From the NCBI GenBank assembly GCA_019057475.1, contig DXJO01000026.1, positions 1-58,194 of the forward strand: a DNA stretch of 58,194 nt, in the 5' to 3' direction. Within the stretch, counting starts at the first letter, position 1. Each line of letters starts with the position of its first letter. Shown piece by piece: positions 1 through 9,224 of this stretch. This stretch comes from Candidatus Thorarchaeota archaeon (lineage in GTDB: Archaea > Asgardarchaeota > Thorarchaeia > Thorarchaeales > Thorarchaeaceae). The notes beneath the pieces were generated by a model. It was not told the origin of the DNA, did no database searches, and saw only the letters and a program-made list of their open reading frames with translations. The position numbers and the translations under genes are program-made.

Positions 1-154
1 GTTTTCTGTCTCCGTCCAACTGGCGGCGACCGAATTACGTGGAGGCCCTAGCAATCAGCATTGAACATCCACACCACTCAATCCTGAGCATATGTTATAA
101 CCACCTACAAAATGTCCAAGATTGTGCAAATTGTTGGCAGCTGTTGCATGCCCT
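1..154 (-). mobile_element. Left part of a non-autonomous IS607-like element (tnpB internal-deletion derivative), truncated by the window start
   Basis: Reverse complement aligns with 57927-58081 with 15 differences in 155 columns (hand count). On the minus strand it reads AGGG|CATGCAACAG, end motif TTGCACAA-N5-GACA, TATA-like TTATAA, ATGCTGATTGCTAGGGC, then GGTCGCCGCCAGTTGGACGGAGACAGAAAAC. Confidence 0.8.
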
Positions 155-178
155 ATTTCATTTGCCGCTGTTTCGTGG

Positions 179-598
179 CTAGCCTATAGTCTTGCCCACG
201 AAGGTTACCGCAACCCGTCGACTTCTCGGTCCATCGCATTCGACGAATAGAATCCTCTGCCAAGTACCCAGAGTCAGTCTGCCAGATTTGACGGTCACGG
301 TTTCGGAGGGACCTAGCAACGACGTCATTATGTGCGAATGGGCGTTGTCGTCAACTCTGTCGTGTTGATATCCTGCATGTGGTGGGACAATCTTCGACAG
401 TTGCATTTCGATATCTTGCATCAGTCCGCTCTCAGCTTCATTGATAGTCAATCCTGCAGTCGTATGAATACTAAATACAGTCAGGATTCCATCCTCCGCA
501 TTATTCTCAACAACCCAGGACTGAACCATCTCCGTTATGTCAATGACTTCCACGGACCTGTTCGATTTGATTTCAACTTGACCATGCACTACATTCAT
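179..598 (-). CDS. yjbQ: YjbQ/UPF0047 family protein
   Basis: HTTAGLTINE, HD..DDNAHSH, LGTWQRILFVECDGPR motifs. Start trimmed to ATG at 598 because the longer ORF overlaps ahcY. Confidence 0.9.
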   Translation of the reverse strand: MNVVHGQVEIKSNRSVEVIDITEMVQSWVVENNAEDGILTVFSIHTTAGLTINEAESGLMQDIEMQLSKIVPPHAGYQHDRVDDNAHSHIMTSLLGPSETVTVKSGRLTLGTWQRILFVECDGPRSRRVAVTFVGKTIG

Positions 599-696
599 CG
601 TTATTTGGCTCCAAATGGACTCACACTGCGCCTTTCTTCGTAGCGTAGCTAGAGATACACCTTTCTGATTTACGAAGGGCTCCCCAAGATGCGCGC

Positions 697-1962
697 CTAG
701 GTTCCCTCGGCATAAGACTTCGCGTACGCTGCTTGTTCCTTGGTCCATCTGTCAATACTGATGCCCATTGTCTTGAGCTTGTAGGCAGCAATCTGCTTGT
801 CCATCTCAACAGGGAACTCATAGACGGCTGGCTTGAGATTCTTGCCATGTTTGGCCATCCAAATCATTGCGTACAATTGAGCTGAGAAACTCATGTCCAT
901 TACTGATGAACTATGTCCCTCAGCCGCCGTCAGGTTGACTAGACGCCCCTCACCGAGCAAGTAGATTACACGACCGTCTTTCATCGTGTATTCATCCAGC
1001 GCATGACGAACTCGCCTTTTCCCAGTGCTCAATGCAACCAGGTCTGGCTCATTGATCTCGACATTGTAGTGACCCGAATTGCCCAAGATTGCACCGTCTT
1101 TCATGACCTTCATATGAGCGCCGGTGATCACATCCTTCATGCCTGTTACAGTAAGGAACAAGTCGCCCTCTTTCGCCGCGTCCGTCATCGGCATCACCCG
1201 ATATCCGTCCATCCGTGCCTGGAGTGCTTTCACTGGGTCTACCTCAGTCACAATCACGTCCGCGCCAAGCCCTTTCGCCCTCATTGCAAGACCTCGACCA
1301 CAGTAACCGTACCCTGCAATAACGACAGTCTTGCCAGCAATCAATATCGCTGAGGCTCGAAGGACTCCATCGAAGGAGCTCTGACCAGTCCCGTAGACGT
1401 TGTCGAACATGTGCTTGGTTTCTGCATCGTTGACTGCCATGATGGGGTACTTCAACGCGCCATCATCAGCCATCGCACGGACTCGAATCACTCCGGTTGT
1501 CGTTTCCTCGGAACCGCCGTAGAGCTTTGGTATCAATTCTTGGTGTTTGTTATGTATAGTGAAGATCAGGTCGGCTCCGTCGTCTAATGTCAGTGTAGGT
1601 TCCATCTTGAGTGTCTGGTCGATGCACCAGTAGTACTCCTCAGTATTCAGGCCGTACCACGCATAGACTGGGACGTCATTTGCAGCCAGTGCAGCTGCAA
1701 CCTTATCGTTAGTTGAGAGTGGATTGCACCCAGACCATGCGACCTCAGCGCCCGCTGCCTGCAGGGTCTCAACGAGGACTGCCGTTTCCTTTGTCACGTG
1801 TAGACAGCCTGCAATCCTCATTCCCTTGAGTGGCTTTTCCTTAGCATACTTTTCTCTGAGATGCATGAGCACAGGCATGTGCTTCTCTGCATACTCGATC
1901 AACATCCTGCCTTCCTTGGCAAGTCCAATGTCTTTGACTTTGTAATTAGCCATTGTCATCAC
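697..1962 (-). CDS. ahcY: S-adenosylhomocysteine hydrolase
   Basis: CLHVTKET, GCNPLST, EETTTG, KHMFDNVYGTGQS, GYGYCGRG, GRLVNL..AEGH motifs. True start may be ATG 1959 or 1953. Confidence 0.97.
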   Translation of the reverse strand: MMTMANYKVKDIGLAKEGRMLIEYAEKHMPVLMHLREKYAKEKPLKGMRIAGCLHVTKETAVLVETLQAAGAEVAWSGCNPLSTNDKVAAALAANDVPVYAWYGLNTEEYYWCIDQTLKMEPTLTLDDGADLIFTIHNKHQELIPKLYGGSEETTTGVIRVRAMADDGALKYPIMAVNDAETKHMFDNVYGTGQSSFDGVLRASAILIAGKTVVIAGYGYCGRGLAMRAKGLGADVIVTEVDPVKALQARMDGYRVMPMTDAAKEGDLFLTVTGMKDVITGAHMKVMKDGAILGNSGHYNVEINEPDLVALSTGKRRVRHALDEYTMKDGRVIYLLGEGRLVNLTAAEGHSSSVMDMSFSAQLYAMIWMAKHGKNLKPAVYEFPVEMDKQIAAYKLKTMGISIDRWTKEQAAYAKSYAEGT

Positions 1963-2042
1963 ACGGGCGCGGTGCTTAGCATACCTTATATGAATCCTAC
2001 ATCATATTCTAGAATCAAATGCACCATATCACGGTGTTAGTC

Positions 2043-2975
2043 ATGCAATCCATTACAGAGAGCGAAAAGGAACTTCTGAGGCTCCTCCTACAGGATTCCA
2101 GATCCAGTTTGGGAAGCTTGGCAGAGAATCTCGGGAAGGGACGCAATTGGGTTACTCGTGCCATCAAACGTCTTGTGCGCAGGAAGGTTCTGCAGGCCTA
2201 CGTGACGGTTTTCGACCCAGCTCAAGTCTACGCTGATCGGAGCACAATGTTGCTTATCAAGACCAATCCACGAGAACTTGATGTGAGCCGGGGACTCCTT
2301 GAGATGCCTGAGCTTGAGTCGCTTGACGGAATCTCGGGTGAGCACTCACTGCTGGGCCTTTTCCGTCTGCGAGGGGCCGGCGGGTTCGAAGCCTTTCTGG
2401 ATGAAGTGGACAGGGTGGTGGCCAAGTCAGGAGCCGAGAAGTACCAGCTCGTCCAGGTTCTGACCACATACAAAACTCATGGGTTCAATCTTGAAAATCA
2501 GAAGGTTCGCCCACCGCCAGTGTCGTCCAAAGATTGGGAGCTGATGAAGGCTGTCTACAGACACGCACCATCCGAAGAGCGTCCCTTTCCTCTCTCTCAA
2601 AGCGAGGTTGGCAAGAAAATGAAGCCGTCATTGAGCCAGCCTGCAGTATCCAAGGCAATGAAACGGCTCGAAACCCGTGGAGCAATTGCCGGTTACTCTG
2701 TGGATATTGGATTCAGACACCTTGGATTGCCCATCAAGTTCTTCCTACAAATCAAGTCGAAACCGGGAACGATAGCACAGACTGCGCACGAGATAAGCAA
2801 GATGAATGCAGTATGGGATCTGCACCGAACAAGCGAAGACCTAAGCCTCTTTGCTACTATTCGAACTAGGAGTGTAGATGGCTACAATCGGTTCCTTAGA
2901 GATCTGTACGAGAACGTAGACATCATTGACACTCAGTCACAGATTTCGCTTGAAGAGTGGTTCGTACCTGCATAG
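2043..2975 (+). CDS. Lrp/AsnC family regulator with two tandem HTH+RAM units, divergent from ahcY
   Basis: Two HTH segments (LLQDSRSSLGSLAENLG; LSQSEVGKKMKPSLSQPAVSKAMKRLE), each followed by an AsnC-like domain. Confidence 0.8.
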   Translation: MQSITESEKELLRLLLQDSRSSLGSLAENLGKGRNWVTRAIKRLVRRKVLQAYVTVFDPAQVYADRSTMLLIKTNPRELDVSRGLLEMPELESLDGISGEHSLLGLFRLRGAGGFEAFLDEVDRVVAKSGAEKYQLVQVLTTYKTHGFNLENQKVRPPPVSSKDWELMKAVYRHAPSEERPFPLSQSEVGKKMKPSLSQPAVSKAMKRLETRGAIAGYSVDIGFRHLGLPIKFFLQIKSKPGTIAQTAHEISKMNAVWDLHRTSEDLSLFATIRTRSVDGYNRFLRDLYENVDIIDTQSQISLEEWFVPA

Positions 2976-3003
2976 GCATTGTTTCAGCCGAAACACCTCC
3001 GCA

Positions 3004-3585
3004 CTAACCTGACGAAGGTGGGCGTTCGCCAAGCCAGATTCGCTCCCAGAGGTTTTCACCCCTGTTTCTGATGAGAATGATCAACCAGAGAACAATCATG
3101 ATCACATTGAGGAACACATTTGCTCTTAGAAACCCCAGCTGAATATCCCCCTCAAAAGCAAACAGAAGCACGAGTGGTCCCACGATGTGGAGAGGATCGA
3201 CCCATGGCCAGAATACAGGGTTGTACCAATGCATAGGAATGTCAACCAGGACATGGAAGAGTGCTCCTAACATGCATGAAAGCACAAGCAATGGAGTGAT
3301 TCTGCAGGCATTATTCAATTGTTCGCGATCAACTCCAAACAGACCTGAGATGATTGGCGGATACAGGAACCTGGTCACGAGTACAGCAAGGAGTGTTCCA
3401 AGAGTGAGGACTCCCACTAGGCTGTGTAGAACAAGGTGATCAAGCAGATTCGGAAAAAAGAAGAATAGGATTAGAACCTCTACATCCGGGATGACTGAAC
3501 CCACAATGAGTCCGGGGAATGACAATCGCCGGTCAGCCTTTGATAGACCGTAACCCACAGGGTAGTGCATTGGCGTGAAGGGCAT
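3004..3585 (-). CDS. DUF4184-like membrane-bound metal-dependent hydrolase
   Basis: MPFTPMH start, GSVIPDVE, LHS and HVLVD motifs, several hydrophobic segments. Confidence 0.75.
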   Translation of the reverse strand: MPFTPMHYPVGYGLSKADRRLSFPGLIVGSVIPDVEVLILFFFFPNLLDHLVLHSLVGVLTLGTLLAVLVTRFLYPPIISGLFGVDREQLNNACRITPLLVLSCMLGALFHVLVDIPMHWYNPVFWPWVDPLHIVGPLVLLFAFEGDIQLGFLRANVFLNVIMIVLWLIILIRNRGENLWERIWLGERPPSSG

Positions 3586-3686
3586 GATTGGTCAACTCAC
3601 GGCTCTTGCCTCAATGGGATTGGTTTGACCCTTTTCAATACTCTTAAAGACCATAAATTGAATTGACACTTTCAAGGTGGAATAGA

Positions 3687-4205
3687 TTGGGTCTATACGA
3701 GTTCGATAGCAAAATGCCAAAGGTGCACGCAAAGGCCTACGTTTCTCCAAGAGCATCGTTGATTGGGGATGTTGAGGTCGGAGAAGACTCCAGCATTTGG
3801 GAATTTGCAGTCCTTCGTGCTGATATGAACTACATCCGCGTGGGCAAAGGCACGTCCATTCAAGACAACGCGACCGTTCATACAACCTTCACTAACCCCG
3901 CAATAATTGGCGACTACGTCACCGCGGGACACAACTGTGTGATTCATGCCTGCGAGATTGGAAACCGTGTTGTAGTTGGTATCGGTGCGATAGTCCTTAC
4001 TGGGGCGAAGGTAGGCGATGACTGTGTCATTGGTGCCGGATCGGTCGTCACTGAAAACGCGGTAATCCCTCCCAACTCACTAGTTCTAGGTATTCCTGGA
4101 AAGGTCAAGAAGGACGTTCCCGAAGGGTTGAAGGACGCCTTCATGGTTGGTGCGGAGCTCTACATCGAGCTTGGCAGGAAACACAAAGAGGCATTATCAG
4201 ACTAA
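3687..4205 (+). CDS. Gamma-class carbonic anhydrase / hexapeptide-repeat protein
   Basis: LIGDV, VLRAD, IQDNATVH, GH..VIHAC with three His ligands. TTG start at 3687 follows AAGGTGGA. Confidence 0.9.
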   Translation: MGLYEFDSKMPKVHAKAYVSPRASLIGDVEVGEDSSIWEFAVLRADMNYIRVGKGTSIQDNATVHTTFTNPAIIGDYVTAGHNCVIHACEIGNRVVVGIGAIVLTGAKVGDDCVIGAGSVVTENAVIPPNSLVLGIPGKVKKDVPEGLKDAFMVGAELYIELGRKHKEALSD

Positions 4206-4300
4206 GATCAACAGGTTTCCTGCAAACCCCCAAAAGATTCGAAAAAATCTCCCGCTAATGACAATCTATTTCTGTCGAAAGACCGTATATTCTAGGGGAA

Positions 4301-6571
4301 TTGCACTTGACAAGCGCTCAGAAGTGCAGGGCCCGGGCGGTCCTGCTTCTTGTACTCTTATTCACTTTGTTTCTCAGTTCACCATCCGCTGCAGAAGCAG
4401 TCGGTACAGGACACGGTGGCTTGTCTTCACCTGATGCTATCCTCAACAGCAATTTCACCATTTGGGGTTTCAGTGGTCATGGAGGAGACCAAGATGTATT
4501 GAATATGCATATACTTGCTGAAGCAGGTATCAAAATTGTGCATACAGAAAGCTGGTGGAATGATACCGTGAACAACCCCCTTGACATCTACTACAACGAA
4601 ACCTTCAGGACCTATGCAAAAGGAGTACTGAACTTCAGCCTTGGGCTCACAGGAGAAACTGCAGTAATAGACACTGACGACCTCTGGGCTGTGACACTCG
4701 GGGATGAGGAACCTGCATGGATCCACTATGTTGACATATTCTCAAGTCTTTCACCAGAGATTGCGAAGTACAGCGACATCTACTATGCTGAAACGGGATA
4801 TCAGCTCAAGCCAATTTATGACACGAATCTGACGGAATGTGGGGTCTTTGTGGAGTGGTTGAATGAGAAGAGTGTCTGGGTCTATAACTACATGCACGAC
4901 TATGTGAAATCCTTGATGCCACACGTGCTAGTCTTCCAACCTGTGATGATGCATCCTGTTTGGGGTCTACCTTATGAACTGTGTGCCCCGTACGAGCTCA
5001 AGGCTGACGGATATGGAACGGGCTGCTACTATGCAGTTCAGGATCCGTGGCTACTCTACGATACAACCCGGAGATATAAGACATCAATGCCGGAGAGTGA
5101 GTTTCACATGACCATATGGGGCACGATATGGGACTTCGTCAACGAGGCTGGTGATGGCCTGTACTACAAGGAGGGAAGCTATGAGCAGATGAGGCGCGAA
5201 ACCTGGATATCCTACCTCTCAGGAGCTGATGTTCTAACTTGGTTCGACTGGGGTCCACAGGACAACAACAGCTATACCTGGCGTTGGGGGCACGAGCGTA
5301 CAGACATAATGGGTCGACGCAACTGGAAGTACGTTGACAACTTGGCGGGGCAGCTAGAGAAACTGCCTGTTCTGAAGTCTGAACCTGAGGTGCTTGTGAT
5401 TGGCACTGGCTATCAGACTGGTGCGCCCATGCAGAGCATCGCTGAAGTAGGCCTATTCACGGAATGCGACTTGGTCAACCAGAGGTGTTTCGCCAAGGCA
5501 GACATCGACCTCTCGAACTACTCGTTGGTCATGGTGACTGATGGGTGGTACTATGATGAAACAGTCAGGAAGCTCAACGCCTTCGTGGAGGAGGGCGGCA
5601 ATGTGATGTTTCTGGGAGGGATACGGAGTGGTGAGGGTCCAGAAGACGAAACTGAAGCTTTCCAGATTGAGCGGAACTCAACGGAGCCGTGGTGGTGGGT
5701 CGAAGGACATTTCAGAATCAACGTGACCAAACCAAACATCTTGGATTTGGAGCTCTACCAGGAAGCACCCCTTCACGCGACCCACACAATTCAGGCGGAG
5801 AATCTCTCAAGCGACTATCACCCAATCAGCGGCTTCTATCAAGTGGACGAAAACGGAACCCCCGTAGAAATTAATGACTATCCCCTACTTCTCTACCATA
5901 ACGAGTCAAGTCCTGACAGTGGTTGGGTGATGTATTTCGGAGCAGTGCACTCTTCTACTGACTTAGGAGCAACGTGGGAAACATACGACAGGGAGAAGCA
6001 GCCAGATCTGTGGTACTTGTACAGGGAGGTTGTCAAAGCCTTTGCCAAGTTCCTAGGCATCACCAACTCAATCTCGGCAAATGAAACAGAGGACATGCTC
6101 ATCACACAAGGAGTCATCGAAGACGGCACAATCATTGCGGGAATCCATAATTTTCGAAACGAGAGCCGTAACCTGACCTACAAGCTCGATCTGTCGCAGT
6201 TCGGCTTTCCTGCTGGAAACTACTGGGTACACTCACTGGACGAAAACAGGTTAGAAGGTCAGTATGAAACAAACGGACAGATCCTAAGCTTTGGAACGCA
6301 TGTTGTGGCAAATGGAACACGGCTGTTTCTAATCTCTGAGGACAGACCCGAACCCGATTACTCCATCCAGATATTCCCACATATCCCAAGTATCGCAGAC
6401 GTGACTCCAACCACTACGACAACCACACCCGCTACGTCGACGCAGACACCCGCAACTACAGCAGATGACATATTCGGTGTCTACATTATTGTAGGAGGCA
6501 CGGTCATTGGGCTCTCAGTCTTCACCATAGTCATTGTCATGAAGAAGAGAGCAAAGCAGCAACCTCCGTAG
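4301..6571 (+). CDS. Secreted, membrane-anchored protein, possibly glycoside-hydrolase-like
   Basis: N-terminal signal peptide, GDEEP motif, a domain resembling the beta-galactosidase trimerisation fold (KLNAFVEEGGNVMFLGG), Thr-rich linker, C-terminal TM helix plus basic tail. Function is inference. Confidence 0.6.
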   Translation: MHLTSAQKCRARAVLLLVLLFTLFLSSPSAAEAVGTGHGGLSSPDAILNSNFTIWGFSGHGGDQDVLNMHILAEAGIKIVHTESWWNDTVNNPLDIYYNETFRTYAKGVLNFSLGLTGETAVIDTDDLWAVTLGDEEPAWIHYVDIFSSLSPEIAKYSDIYYAETGYQLKPIYDTNLTECGVFVEWLNEKSVWVYNYMHDYVKSLMPHVLVFQPVMMHPVWGLPYELCAPYELKADGYGTGCYYAVQDPWLLYDTTRRYKTSMPESEFHMTIWGTIWDFVNEAGDGLYYKEGSYEQMRRETWISYLSGADVLTWFDWGPQDNNSYTWRWGHERTDIMGRRNWKYVDNLAGQLEKLPVLKSEPEVLVIGTGYQTGAPMQSIAEVGLFTECDLVNQRCFAKADIDLSNYSLVMVTDGWYYDETVRKLNAFVEEGGNVMFLGGIRSGEGPEDETEAFQIERNSTEPWWWVEGHFRINVTKPNILDLELYQEAPLHATHTIQAENLSSDYHPISGFYQVDENGTPVEINDYPLLLYHNESSPDSGWVMYFGAVHSSTDLGATWETYDREKQPDLWYLYREVVKAFAKFLGITNSISANETEDMLITQGVIEDGTIIAGIHNFRNESRNLTYKLDLSQFGFPAGNYWVHSLDENRLEGQYETNGQILSFGTHVVANGTRLFLISEDRPEPDYSIQIFPHIPSIADVTPTTTTTTPATSTQTPATTADDIFGVYIIVGGTVIGLSVFTIVIVMKKRAKQQPP

Positions 6572-6583
6572 AACGTATTGCAC

Positions 6584-6765
6584 TATTGGGCTATTGGTCG
6601 AGCGGGTGTGGCTGGGAACTCGGCAATTTCACCCAAGTTTCCGGTGTTAGGTGTTCTGGCAAGGTCAAGAAGAAGATCCCTGAAGGGCTGAAGGAGGCTT
6701 TCATGGCTGGTGCGGAGCTGTATGTGGAGCTAGGTAGGAAGCACGCTGAAACTGGTTCAAAGTAG
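6584..6765 (+). pseudogene. Diverged duplicate of the 3' end of the gamma-carbonic anhydrase gene
   Basis: 6661-6765 reads KVKKKIPEGLKEAFMAGAELYVELGRKHAETGSK* versus 4101-4205 KVKKDVPEGLKDAFMVGAELYIELGRKHKEALSD*. The upstream part is decayed with a 1-nt deletion. Confidence 0.9.
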
Positions 6766-6806
6766 CCGCCCTACATCGATTCATTCCTGATTCCACTCGT
6801 ATTCTA

Positions 6807-8792
6807 TCAAGCAGCATCTCTCAAACTGCGCTTTCTGAGCACATAGAACGCTAGAATCCATACTACGCCTGTAACAGCAAATGCTGCGACAAACTCCATC
6901 GGGATGGATCCCCAGAATTCGGTCAGGGAAGGTGTCCCGACAAAACGAATACTCTGAGTGCTCAACGAATCGACATCATATGAAATCAGGTCAACGAGTA
7001 TGTAGCCATCATAAAGCAGGCTCACTTCGGCTGGCTGCGTAGATACAGACAGGACGAAAGTGGTTGTGCTGTTTATCCACACAATCTCATCCAGTAGGAT
7101 TTCATTGTAGTAGCCGTAGACTCTGACTGGCACTCGCTGGGAATATGAGTATAGATTCAAGTCTTCATTCAGGTCTTCTATCGTTACGGTCAACGTATCA
7201 TCGGTCCAGTTGTAGACCACGCCAGCAAACGAATAATCAGGGAGGAACGGATTGTCGAACCAGGGTAGGAAGAACCAATCCATGTCTTGTCCACATACGA
7301 ACTCGAATGCTTCCTGCAGATCTGGCAGTGTGGCTATCTCGAAATAGTTCTGCTTGAAGAAGTGGCTCAAGCTCTCCACGAATTTCTCATGACCTATCTC
7401 CACCCTGAGCTTCTCAAGTATCAGTGGAGCTTTCGTGTAGTCAATGTATCCCACCAGTTCGGGCCTCTCATAGTTGGACTGGTTTATCACACTCCCAACA
7501 CCGAATTCCTCGTGGTGAGTTCGTACGGTGTCAAGATAGCGATAGTACTGCAAATACTCCCAATCGGAGTAGTAGACTTCACCGTAGTAATTGTGCGACC
7601 AGCAGGTCAGACCCTCGTCAAGGAAACCCCAGTCAATAGAGTCATCTCCGACCAGTTGAGACCACCACTGATGGGCGACCTCATGCACAACAACCAGCTC
7701 CAAAAACTCTGGATAAAGGCTTCCTGCTCTCACGCTCTCAAGCGCCCCACGAGTCATGTACACTTGACAGGGGTATTCCATGCCGCCATAGAATGCATGC
7801 TGCTCCACAATGTTAAGGGTCGAGTACGGATACACCCCATAAGTTTCGTTCAATAAAGTGAGTGTCAGAATGGCCCACTCCAGTACATCATCCTCCCATT
7901 CAGGTTGAGAGTCTGGGAGATAGAAACTACTCACGGTCACACCGTTCACGTTTCCAGACTCCACCTGATAGTGTCTGGATGCTGAGAAAGTGACCTCTCG
8001 CACTGGCAAAATCGGGTCGAAGTGATAGGTCGTGCTCTCTCCGTCAGAATCGCTCCCTATCAGCTCCCCCGTGGCAGCCACGGTCATACCATCTGGGGTG
8101 TTCACGCAGAAATCATAGAACGCCATGTCAATGTAGAATGGATCACCAAAACCCACGTAGGGGTCGGTATTCCAGCCATCGAACTTGTCGTACACACAGG
8201 GAATTGGGTAGCTACTAGAAAAGGTGTAGATCCGTGACTGGCTGCCATCTTCTCCGTGCACGTTCGCCCTGTCAAGGCCGTCAGGGAGGGTTGTGATGAA
8301 CTCAATGTGAAATTCCGTCCTCTCACCAGGCTGTAGAGCTTCAGTCAGGTTCACCCACATCAACTGCTGCTCCCACAGGACACCATAGGGAAGTTCCTGG
8401 GCCGGATTTCCCATTGTAGTTACATTCAAGATTGTGATGTTCCCCTGTCTACTATCATACAACATCCCAGACGGATAGAGATGAAACGGTATTCGAGAAA
8501 ATGGGACCGGATCATCATTGTAGAAATCGACCGTTAGATTGCCTTCAACAATCGACTCAACCTCGTTCAGTTTCACGGACAGGTTGAGATGTGAGAATTC
8601 AGTACCCGTGAAGTTGCCCACAGAGAACTCATCGTAGTCCGCAATGATAATTGAATCGATGACTGGAGGGGTTCCAGACGACTGATACGTATCTTGTGAT
8701 TCCAATAGGCCTTCATCCCCGTTTATCGGGACAAGACTGACAGAAACTAGCAGAACAAAGATTAGGAGCCGTGGCACACCTCTCATCGTCAT
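6807..8792 (-). CDS. M1 family aminopeptidase, secreted and C-terminally anchored
   Basis: GGMEYP, HEVAHQWW followed by LDEGL, signal peptide, C-terminal TM helix plus RKR. Confidence 0.9.
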   Translation of the reverse strand: MTMRGVPRLLIFVLLVSVSLVPINGDEGLLESQDTYQSSGTPPVIDSIIIADYDEFSVGNFTGTEFSHLNLSVKLNEVESIVEGNLTVDFYNDDPVPFSRIPFHLYPSGMLYDSRQGNITILNVTTMGNPAQELPYGVLWEQQLMWVNLTEALQPGERTEFHIEFITTLPDGLDRANVHGEDGSQSRIYTFSSSYPIPCVYDKFDGWNTDPYVGFGDPFYIDMAFYDFCVNTPDGMTVAATGELIGSDSDGESTTYHFDPILPVREVTFSASRHYQVESGNVNGVTVSSFYLPDSQPEWEDDVLEWAILTLTLLNETYGVYPYSTLNIVEQHAFYGGMEYPCQVYMTRGALESVRAGSLYPEFLELVVVHEVAHQWWSQLVGDDSIDWGFLDEGLTCWSHNYYGEVYYSDWEYLQYYRYLDTVRTHHEEFGVGSVINQSNYERPELVGYIDYTKAPLILEKLRVEIGHEKFVESLSHFFKQNYFEIATLPDLQEAFEFVCGQDMDWFFLPWFDNPFLPDYSFAGVVYNWTDDTLTVTIEDLNEDLNLYSYSQRVPVRVYGYYNEILLDEIVWINSTTTFVLSVSTQPAEVSLLYDGYILVDLISYDVDSLSTQSIRFVGTPSLTEFWGSIPMEFVAAFAVTGVVWILAFYVLRKRSLRDAA

Positions 8793-8880
8793 CACTCTCA
8801 TCAATGGTAACAAAATTCCTGAATAAGGATGCCTTTCAGCGCAGATATTCCCAACCTACGAATTAGCCGGGTGAATTGCA

Positions 8881-9050
8881 TCATTCCTGAAGCCAGCTAT
8901 CTTCTTGGCCTAGGGAACCAGTTCCGCGCCGACGCAATATGCAGAACACAATGGTACCCATAATCACTAGTCCCAGAGCTAAAAGTCCTATGATGGAAAC
9001 TACGACCATCGGTGTTTCAGTTGTAATAATCTGCAGAATCTCAATCCTCA
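8881..9050 (-). pseudogene. Orphan C-terminal membrane-anchor fragment of a lost surface protein
   Basis: IITTETPMVVVSIIGLLALGLVIMGTIVFCILRRR resembles the anchors of neighbouring surface proteins. No credible start; the frame runs back through the fadD terminator. Confidence 0.5.
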
Positions 9051-9073
9051 GTCTACTATCTACACGTGGCAAT

Positions 9074-9105
9074 AAAAGGGAGAGGGCGGGGGCTGTGCCC
9101 CCACC
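9074..9105 (-). terminator. GC-rich hairpin plus pyrimidine/U tract downstream of fadD
   Basis: Minus strand GGTGGGGGC-ACA-GCCCCCGCC followed by CTCTCCCTTTT. Confidence 0.65.
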
Positions 9106-9118
9106 TGAGGTATTGCTA

Positions 9119-9224
9119 CCGTTCATTGTAAGTTGTACAAAGTTGGACACCGAAGTCCAGTACGTCCAGAAAACGGCACTGGACTACTCCGTGAGGAACC
9201 TTCGCAGGTGTGTCATATTCCTCA
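9119..9224 (-). ncRNA. Putative structured RNA inside the mini-element
   Basis: TTTATAT box at 9253-9247, about 29 nt before hairpin 1 (TGAGGAA/TTCCTCA with inner CCT-GCGA-AGG). Hairpin 2 is AGTCCAGTGC/GTACTGGACT at 9185-9154. Confidence 0.55.

Noticed and set aside
6404-6462. ACN-rich low-complexity tract as a tandem repeat or array
   Set aside because: It simply encodes the Thr/Pro linker of the surface protein.
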